This document shows, one piece after another, positions 59,701-64,000 of a stretch of 64,000 nt of DNA (position 1 is the first letter of the stretch; the number at the start of each line of letters is the position of its first letter). Under the pieces are notes generated by a model. It worked only from the letters and a program-made list of their open reading frames with translations. It ran no database searches and had not been told where the DNA came from. The position numbers and the translations under genes were made by a program. Source of the stretch: Candidatus Omnitrophota bacterium (GTDB lineage: Bacteria; Omnitrophota; Gorgyraeia; 2-01-FULL-45-10); assembly GCA_030695905.1 (NCBI GenBank), contig JAUYOL010000011.1:7887-71886 (forward strand), written 5' to 3'.

Positions 59701-60445
59701 CGACATTTGCTCTACCCAGCAAGCCTGAAAAAAGTTCTTGTTCAGATAAACCGGTTACTTCAATAAGCTTCTCAAAGATAGCCAAAAAATTCCCGGCGGA
59801 TTTTTTATTATCTGCAACAAACCAATTAATCTTATTAGACTTGTCCACTACGAGGAATTTCTCGAATGCCTTTGGGTTTTTTCCGACCTCGTAAAATAAC
59901 GCGTCAAGCATCGCGTTAAGAACCCTGTGATCCGCGCAATCCATAGGGCCGGCATCTCTAACAGCTGCGGCTGTCGGAACTTCCCGCGATTTCGCCGAAG
60001 GCGTATTGTCTTTCGGGTATACGCTCAAGGTTTGTTTGGCAGGATCGTATTCTATAACATACCTTACATTATTTATGACCGCTTTCAGCGTTATAACACC
60101 ATTGAGCCCTGCTTCGGCTTCATGGCGGAATATTCTACCGTTACGTATATTGTCAATTGCTCTAACAACTTCGGGGGATACGCCCTTTAGCTCTTTCAAT
60201 GTTTGAGGAGTTATCGGCTGCTTCGCCTTTCTCATCGCCGCAAATAATTCCATGATAAGTATCGATATGCCGCGCGTGCCCTGGATGTCTTTGCCCAACA
60301 TATCGTCACTTTTTATGAGCGTAGCGAGTGTGTCAGAATTCCTCGCGCCTAATAACTCCTGCGCGAACCCTGTATCAAAAAGAAATGTATTGCAAATGAA
60401 TGCTATCAACACCACCAAAGAAGCTACACGATTTACTCTACTCAT
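50795..60445 (-). CDS. Giant (~3200 aa) exported multi-enzyme fusion: signal peptide - unknown/HExxE region - transketolase N - transketolase C - transaldolase - PPi-type phosphofructokinase - degenerate PFK-like - LRR - class II FBP aldolase - C-terminal unknown
   Basis: Single ORF; SD AGGAGG favours ATG 60445 over GTG 60451. Motifs: GHPGGSLS, RDRFVLSKGH, LQGHP, GDGE.EEG, GIRE, DGRTHQ (TK); TTN, SIEV.P, VKVPAT, NVTLLF, SFFVSR, RLLWAST (TAL); SGG.APG.N, GTSR, GGND, PKTIDGD, MGR (PFK); QGDH, GTMHG, QHGASTL, HLATEYQ (FBA). Confidence 0.93.
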   Translation of the reverse strand: MSRVNRVASLVVLIAFICNTFLFDTGFAQELLGARNSDTLATLIKSDDMLGKDIQGTRGISILIMELFAAMRKAKQPITPQTLKELKGVSPEVVRAIDNIRNGRIFRHEAEAGLNGVITLKAVINNVRYVIEYDPAKQTLSVYPKDNTPSAKSREVPTAAAVRDAGPMDCADHRVLNAMLDALFYEVGKNPKAFEKFLVVDKSNKINWFVADNKKSAGNFLAIFEKLIEVTGLSEQELFSGLLGRANVGPELHYGYSDFLRQLSSQAAHFGVESGWIYAVAPWHKDKTGTTETSVWLYGMGGFTTVKDQLLAHEHLERSFHLAVVKEAFEGDWDKYRQWRTLRRDGQGGDSWQGKKTLNFTHMESGKRIVGELTYNEFATLAYRITQAMAPYGDISVGPDSRKYRTDTDFEAPVAAAAVMNENMPDIGISDDRAKDVWKRLIEIPAVAKLTREEQTKVLKILVDRVRNDITEEGVLAKLKDLNLLDEAAISECLFAAGVRLNSPGLIQDLKFLTRILERDVVSMIYKAGSGHPGGSLSMLKAVVALYFGTNANGERIMRYDPSDPNWEYRDRFVLSKGHAAPGLYAALARAQYFAKRIADLKKQGKLKTEDVEEFLETLRKLGSDLQGHPDMAKTIGVEFSGGPLGVAFSAAVAMATAAVMDDKDYITYCIIGDGETEEGQVDEAGRHAGAILKQKQDETYREAAAKGLKIVAFLDWNGYQIDNKVTDVDVDYEGQIKLWEARGWNVVRANGEDIEDVMRATQEAKKSLGNGKPAIVIMKTTKGAGLPGMAKHGEAPKEAEVKEALAIIDADLAVLSNGRYTPENHREAVKAFVEDLIRKISLGADTKARIEKENKARVGARREALRQITNSATVQKAIQELEKGYPEGKNVATRTATGHELTLIGADNIDVVAMSADLMGSNKFDGFAKLFGTFSADNLLGRYIPVGIREAHMVSFAAGLAACGKIPVIGTFSIFTTRMVDQLNAILNANLPIIIVGTHGGLATGPDGRTHQDAHSLGVLGALPGVQTYEGADAEEQRVLFRGIYDVAKKKGGIHYIRPARLDTPVIQNKPEGWQEGARRGFYKIFDTESGKNRKKSQSRDIVIVSSGVVTAEAINAAKDLSEKYGLSVEVVNVTQLKSITADEANKRDFEKLIERGRNIISVIDALPGLLGDKIDNILARRNAKPQFVRNLGIDKYGESGTPAELYKKHGFDKDGIVKTARLLAGKGISLLRKKGQSVWADGAFTPEEIRFFKKKGVTGQTTNLTIINNAIKAGMFDKEIQHGIAEGWTPEQIYDYVCILYMKQMAVEWFPVFNKTKHLDGYISIEVNPKYAYDVQNTVNEAMRLVNAIGMPNVMVKVPATPEGVKAVEELTYNGINVNVTLLFGVSNYEDVARAYMRGLERRVTDRKPIYDIQSVASFFVSRVNCKPDAADEQIRKAIAKEKARTDNPKETAANITILESLIGKAAIANTVLASDVSNNVFLYRHRLWEQLLNMGAAPQRLLWASTEIKSNEAYADGARFSPLMYVSNLPLQNTVNTMPKDTLHASIMATSVEAEPRNDMTAVQAQEVMYTLSKCDIDINAITTKLQEDGVEAFKKDYAASLQFIKEHVKAVRSKQDNIEDILKPVIVPTVDQPVAAMTRVKTWLKPSEVPPEKRVIIMISGGEAPGVNNYFALLAKALARFGMTLEIQRFGLDTLVKSSGEFAENRVWVDQKMADELLNKPGAAQGTSRVKLNEELTLQAMANLQGYCKTVVFVGGNDHMGEAAKIAKKFKESKVDDMMVLVLPKTIDGDTMVYPMGADSAGQNANEFSRRASPEPGSWKCVVFQMMGRDMGYLTVSGALESPISVAAVPEWSVSPNGSVIVSLYDIAEAVRSRMNEYGASAVFVSEGFRVSAKDQLLQKILKRNKFLAAKFANVKTDVNGNPLLAELGIADFVAEALAVELGLERDKNLFLEDTGYSGRSRAPNKDSIDIITGELAIATAVPLITEEAKRKRVISDGGVCIAADKGSRTVVDIQRTMRARPVSEAMGKVDLKDSGIFTEAELCGKNVLGVIGPKENLRDLLPSEKVKRPSGYDINAAIDAINSQSESAFNMRRPNVCVIARPDADEIIDSLDSPKTLLTTESYRYVKNRTAGAVALFPSSKGPVSLTELVGTAHNIYITRKMLNMVVAGNLAIKADDALLVKLSRDEKYGEAFKALVEGARPDKDGNLIFGRRIIDLIHMALTVEKGMTGIRKNILGESLNKLPEINISAAPSFDEQLRVLQQFVRGNELPADRLLSYPERSVFSLDLNDTDVADLAPLYGLPSLRVVSLVNTKITNSQAYELFRNHPAPENLLVLDSDASTIKYSDVPLAYENTKSTAQSAFMAAVVPAVTTATRARDIFELLRNIGDSLKVTADSVIILDAAKFHSQTVDYLAFESAFSENPDVKAAAQRILREAAISFNLKLASINDFYAAKKDGKWGKITVPAVNGRTDVYHQYQQLFRAAKDKNVGVLLLELARSEMRYSAQDMAEFTAVSIAAAIKQGYEGLIFAQGDHYQVNKEKYDKGGDEREKELKAIEELIRKSMLAGVYNIDLDPSTLVDEGTLNKITQLENAFVREYLDQNVYLLYGLDDNGRKSLWRRLVDEIEMGDIKSLTPVHQEHLERLYKNMHRPSILITMRFIRYIRALEEELGLTMPVSIGIEERHIDNPKHKNNPSTVLGSVTLAKTILAMAEAEGLVGPSKISLQTGTMHGVGGEIDFGIYRRHVRYWERIGIPVFVQHGASTLEKEDFGKMKQGDVGEVHLATEYQKIELGIVADMMPEVGEAMAKWLEALMARDENFSKKFRPMWNLAFGNADLAIAAAKDDGKKTTMYRELAAVQSGKSRAEIITEIMGDFMPKGLKGTLKDAAKELPAPFKDMLWNLPPHVRAAVDKALYEEFATIFDKLGASNTKALVESILPFNKQPVVLGKRSETIKLAVEPVLTQSATTTADERPQSVSLRHVPDRLTVAEMNRSAEIEINAAIQLANEAGVQIPVQADTRFTLLVTSEFFANGELKEAQINYGDRFNLDSVSGRDADEFIHSVLANPDAVKDRTIVLLPNELPDGRFEERHYQALKDAGIRFMIANRNELLTAKGAKDPYRKQFQQDTYVVMLLMRAVDEKIDVSSSVYRLLSFYLKSHFTFAEKIAIDDYIMAIAKNEIGKLIRGILAYRPAQAYDKPDYEKVAATLISA

Positions 60446-60500
60446 TGCCACTCCTCCTGTTTATGTTTCATGACGAACTTTTTAATCTTTTTTACTTTCC

Positions 60501-60533
60501 AAAAAAAACGCCTGGCAAAACTTTGCCAAGCAT
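60501..60533 (-). terminator. Intrinsic terminator in the 5' leader of giant gene 2
   Basis: Minus strand reads GCTTGGCAA-AGTT-TTGCCAGGC-G-TTTTTTTT. Confidence 0.7.
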
Positions 60534-60571
60534 TTAAAATTTGTTCCGGACTTTTTTAAAAACTTGTTATT

Positions 60572-60599
60572 AGTTTATCACGCGAAAAATGTTTGTCAA
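60572..60599 (-). promoter_or_regulatory. Putative sigma70 promoter of giant gene 2
   Basis: TTGACA-16nt-TAAACT with TGn extension. Confidence 0.55.
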
Positions 60600-60628
60600 G
60601 GAAAAATAGCTAACTTTTTGAAACCTTT

Positions 60629-60659
60629 ACCGTTTTACCCACCCGGTGGGTAAAACGGT
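60629..60659. repeat. Palindromic element, upstream of giant gene 2 and abutting the metG stop
   Basis: accgttttacccacc-c-ggtgggtaaaacggt, perfect 15-bp arms. Confidence 0.9.
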
Positions 60660-62209
60660 TAGGTTTCGATGCGGGGAAATAGTGGCGCGGACTTTTTAAC
60701 TTGGGCGCCTGCTTTAAGTAAACCCCATGATTTCACGTCGGAGAATTTTACCTTTGACGGGTCGTCTTCCATGCCCAATTGGACCATTATATTCTTCGAT
60801 GTGGACGGCATGAATGGATAGACGGATATAGAAACTATTCTCAATGCTTCAAGAAGGCTGTAAATCAGTATTGCCAGTTCGTCTGCCTTCCTTTCCTTTG
60901 CCAGCGCCCACGGCTTCGCGTCCTCGATAAGTTTATTGGCCTTATTAACAACTTCCCATATCTTTGTAAGCGCTCCCACGAAATCTAATTGCGGTATAGT
61001 CTTTTCTAAATCACCCGCCAGGCCGGAAGCTTTATCCTGCAAATCTTTTACTATTCCCGCCTCGAGCCTGTCCCCTGAGACAGCCGGAACTTTTCCCTCA
61101 AAATATTTTTCCACCATAGTAAGCGTCCGGTTAAGTAAGTTGCCCAGATCGTTGGCAAGGTCGCTATTGTACCTTGATATTAACGCCTCTTCATTAAAAG
61201 CTCCGTCCAAACCAAATGGGACTTCGCGCAGCAAAAAATATCTATAGGTATCTATCCCATATCTTTTTATCAGGTCAAGCGGGTCGACAACATTGCCCTT
61301 TGACTTCGACATCTTTTCGCCTTTTATGACCCACCACCCGTGCGCGAATATCGTCTTCGGAGGCGTCAATCCGAGCGCATGAAGCATTATGGGCCAATAC
61401 ACGGCGTGATGGCGCAATATATCCTTACCTATAACATGGAAATCCGCCGGCCAATATTTTTTAAGCTTTGCCTGATCATCGGGATAGCCTATGCCTGAAA
61501 TATAATTTATCAGCGCGTCAAACCATACATAAGTGACAAAATTTTTATCGAACGGCACTTCTATGCCCCATGACATGCGGCTCTTGGAGCGCGATATGCA
61601 TAGGTCCAAAAGAGGTTCTTTCAAAAACCCCAGCACTTCATTGCGCCTAAAGTCGGGCTTTATGAAATCCGGATTTGATTTTATATAATCTATGAGCCAA
61701 TCTTGATATTCGGAGATCTTAAAGAAATAATTTTCTTCGTCCAGCTTCTCCAAATGCCGCTTGCAGTCGGGGCATAACCCGTCATCGGCCTGGGCCTCGG
61801 ACCAGAATGTCTCGCACGGCGTGCAAAACCACCCTTTATACACCTTCTTATATATCTTGCCGTCTTTGTGTAATTTTTCCAACACGGCCTGGACCGCCTT
61901 AATGTGAACGCTATCCGTGGTCCTTATGAAATAATCATACTTTATGCCGAGCGAGTCCCACAGGCTCCTAAAGACAGGCACTATCTCGTCTACAAATTTC
62001 TTCTCCTCGCCTTTTTTAAATCCGCGCGCAAGCGTAGCCTTCTCTATCTTCTCGCCATGTTCATCGGTGCCGGTCATGAAGAATACATCATCACCGCGCA
62101 GCCTTAAGAATCTCGCCACCGTATCACAGGCTATCTGGGTATACGAGTGGCCTATATGAGGTTTTGAGTTTACGTAATATAGTGGGGTAGTTATATAGAA
62201 TTTGTTCAT
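60659..62209 (-). CDS. metG: Methionine--tRNA ligase (short form, no C-terminal dimerisation domain)
   Basis: HIGH, GTDEHG, YVWFDAL, GKDI, KMSKS, LFPRI. Confidence 0.99.
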   Translation of the reverse strand: MNKFYITTPLYYVNSKPHIGHSYTQIACDTVARFLRLRGDDVFFMTGTDEHGEKIEKATLARGFKKGEEKKFVDEIVPVFRSLWDSLGIKYDYFIRTTDSVHIKAVQAVLEKLHKDGKIYKKVYKGWFCTPCETFWSEAQADDGLCPDCKRHLEKLDEENYFFKISEYQDWLIDYIKSNPDFIKPDFRRNEVLGFLKEPLLDLCISRSKSRMSWGIEVPFDKNFVTYVWFDALINYISGIGYPDDQAKLKKYWPADFHVIGKDILRHHAVYWPIMLHALGLTPPKTIFAHGWWVIKGEKMSKSKGNVVDPLDLIKRYGIDTYRYFLLREVPFGLDGAFNEEALISRYNSDLANDLGNLLNRTLTMVEKYFEGKVPAVSGDRLEAGIVKDLQDKASGLAGDLEKTIPQLDFVGALTKIWEVVNKANKLIEDAKPWALAKERKADELAILIYSLLEALRIVSISVYPFMPSTSKNIMVQLGMEDDPSKVKFSDVKSWGLLKAGAQVKKSAPLFPRIET

Positions 62210-62212
62210 GGC

Positions 62213-62995
62213 CTATTTATATGGGATTTCCAGGAGGCTGCCGTCTTCAAGTTCAACGGTTGCCGAGCGCTTTATCGCGTTTATGCCGATTACTTTGCCG
62301 TTACCCTTCTCCGTTTTTATGATATCTCCCTGGTTCGGCGCGCCCTTCATGAGCTCTTTATAAGTTTTATGCTCATAGCTTAAACAACACATGAGACGTC
62401 CGCATAGGCCCGATATCTTTGTGGGGTTTAACGGAAGATTTTGCTCTTTTGCCATCTTTATCGTAACCGGCTCGAAATCCTTTAAGAATGTCGCGCAGCA
62501 CAGGACCCGTCCGCACGGACCGAAGCCGCCCAGCATCTTGGCTTCATCGCGCACGCCTATCTGCTTTAACTCTATCCTCGTCTTGAAGACGTTGGCGAGA
62601 TCCTTGACCAGATCCCTAAAGTCTATCCTGCCTTCCGCGGTAAAATAGAACATTATCTTCGACCGGTCAAATGTAAATTCCGCGTCTATGAGCTTCATGG
62701 CTAAGTGGCGCTCATGTATCTTTTTATTACAGGCGTCCATTACCTCCCTTACCTTCTTCTTATTCTTGTCTATCTGGTGCATGTCCCACGGATTGGCTTT
62801 CCTGATGACTTTTCTTAAGGGCTGCTCCACGTCGGAATCGAGGATTACTTCGTTCTCCGATATCACCTGTCCATAGTCCTGCCCCCTGTCAGACTCCACA
62901 ATTACATAATCGCCGGTTTTAAATTTCATGCCGCCGGTGGAGTAATATGATATCTTGCCCGCTTCCCTTAGCCTTACCTGTATTACTTCGTACAT
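62213..62995 (-). CDS. yaaT: PSP1/YaaT (RicT) family protein
   Basis: R.DFRDLVKDL, RIEL.QIGVRDEAK, CGR.LCC, SG.CGRLMCCL.YE. Confidence 0.93.
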   Translation of the reverse strand: MYEVIQVRLREAGKISYYSTGGMKFKTGDYVIVESDRGQDYGQVISENEVILDSDVEQPLRKVIRKANPWDMHQIDKNKKKVREVMDACNKKIHERHLAMKLIDAEFTFDRSKIMFYFTAEGRIDFRDLVKDLANVFKTRIELKQIGVRDEAKMLGGFGPCGRVLCCATFLKDFEPVTIKMAKEQNLPLNPTKISGLCGRLMCCLSYEHKTYKELMKGAPNQGDIIKTEKGNGKVIGINAIKRSATVELEDGSLLEIPYK

Positions 62996-63961
62996 TTAAA
63001 CCTCACAAATCTTAACACCCAGAACGCTCATCGCAAGTTTAGCGTTAGCATTCTGGTCCAAATATGATATCGTTGAAATAACGCTGCCTATAACATCTTC
63101 CAAATATTCAAAGCTCAAACGCTTTGCCTCGTTAGAGATTATATCCTTTTTGTCGATATTTACAAGCATAGAGTTATCTACGCCTGCTTTGGCGCTTGCT
63201 ATATCCTTAAACCACGCAAGCAGTATATCAAGATACAATACGAGCTTTTCTTTGGGCACGTCATCAAAAGAAAGCTGATTCAATGACCTTTTGGAGACGC
63301 TATCTATTAGAGAGGACCTTTTTGCGAATACGTCTTCATCGTTATATTTAACCGCTTCCCCCAGCCTGCCGCAGGACAAACGTGAAAGTACATGCGCGCT
63401 CTTTTCATCCAAAGAATATTGCCCGATAAGAAGCTCCTTGATCTGATCCGGCTTTAACGGATAAAATCTTACAACCTGCGAACGCGATACTATAGTATGA
63501 AATAGGGCCTTCAGATTGTCTGTTATCAGTATCAATATAGAGTCTGTCGGGGGCTCTTCCAGTGTTTTTAATAAAGCGTTTGCCGCCTCATGTTTCATAT
63601 CCTGGGCCTGGTCTATAATATAAACTTTCTTCTTCGCTTCAAAGGGCCTAAGGTATATATCTTTTATCAATTTTCGTATATCGTCTATCTTTATCGTGCC
63701 GCGGTCTTTTTCCGCCTTCAATATAGAAACATCCGGATGGGACAAATTATCTATCTTCTTGCATGAAGGGCATTTGTCGCAAGGTTCGTATGATACAGCG
63801 TTTTGGCATACAATGGCTTTGGCGAAATTGACAGCTGTAAGCGCTTTGCCGATACCGCCGGGGCCGCAGAATATATAGGCATGCGATAATTTGTTATTTT
63901 TAAGCGAAGTCTTTAAAAAAGAGACAGCGCTATCCTGCCCTTTAATATCGGCGAAGGACAT
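62996..63961 (-). CDS. holB: DNA polymerase III delta' subunit
   Basis: HAYIF.GP.G.GK, C...PC..C..C, HPD, AANALLKTLEEPP, TI.SR. Confidence 0.95.
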   Translation of the reverse strand: MSFADIKGQDSAVSFLKTSLKNNKLSHAYIFCGPGGIGKALTAVNFAKAIVCQNAVSYEPCDKCPSCKKIDNLSHPDVSILKAEKDRGTIKIDDIRKLIKDIYLRPFEAKKKVYIIDQAQDMKHEAANALLKTLEEPPTDSILILITDNLKALFHTIVSRSQVVRFYPLKPDQIKELLIGQYSLDEKSAHVLSRLSCGRLGEAVKYNDEDVFAKRSSLIDSVSKRSLNQLSFDDVPKEKLVLYLDILLAWFKDIASAKAGVDNSMLVNIDKKDIISNEAKRLSFEYLEDVIGSVISTISYLDQNANAKLAMSVLGVKICEV

Positions 63962-64000
63962 TATCGACCTCTCTTCTTACCAAAGACTGGACTTTGGGTA
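63942..64000 (-). CDS. 3' end of the upstream gene (possibly thymidylate kinase)
   Basis: Frame ...KVQSLVRREVDNVLRRY* overlaps the holB start. The tmk identity is inferred from the usual tmk-holB order only. Confidence 0.3.
   Translation of the reverse strand, partial: PKVQSLVRREVDNVLRRY

Noticed and set aside
2565-60659. Palindromic ~30-35-nt repeats as CRISPR repeats
   Set aside because: They are dispersed single or double copies with no regular spacers and no cas genes.
5002-63878. Numerous plus-strand ORFs (e.g. 5763-6545, 13242-13886, 26107-26754, 37171-37758, 51854-52399)
   Set aside because: They are antisense to well-supported genes, with Ser/Phe/Ile-rich shadow composition and no motifs. 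Only 32543-32908 occupies free space.

Overview
Bacterial chromosomal window in which nearly all genes lie on the minus strand. Gene content and the two giant secreted multidomain proteins suggest a PVC-superphylum organism such as Candidatus Omnitrophota; this is an inference, not a database result. The core is housekeeping. It includes holB-yaaT-metG, a TatD/radical-SAM fusion, mtnA-thiL-tsaE-tsaB-alr, ilvDBNC-leuA-aroE-pilD-aroC-aroK, truA, rplM-rpsI and a long argCJBDFGH-lysA-dapFAB-dapL-folK-panC-nadA-nadX-ttcA run. Further left are uvrA, a TPR-ExbB-ExbD-TonB-anchor module, cutA and tRNA-Ala(CGC). Two giant genes stand out. (1) A ~3200-aa signal-peptide-bearing protein inserted between metG and tatD fuses transketolase (N+C), transaldolase, a PPi-type phosphofructokinase, a short LRR and a class II fructose-bisphosphate aldolase. 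It is flanked by copies of a palindromic element and preceded by a promoter plus leader terminator. (2) A >1460-aa ORF missing from the supplied ORF track runs off the left edge. It has a signal peptide, a TraB/Tiki-like metallo-domain, an internal TM segment, HEAT-like repeats and a caspase/gingipain-like His-Cys domain. Also seen: a palindromic repeat family inserted in-frame into proteins (TsaB, giant 1), a 14-aa CxxCGC micropeptide inside the arg operon, an ExbD with a natural Asp-to-Asn change at the proton-carrying residue, and a structured arg leader. No CRISPR array, integrase or transposase was seen.
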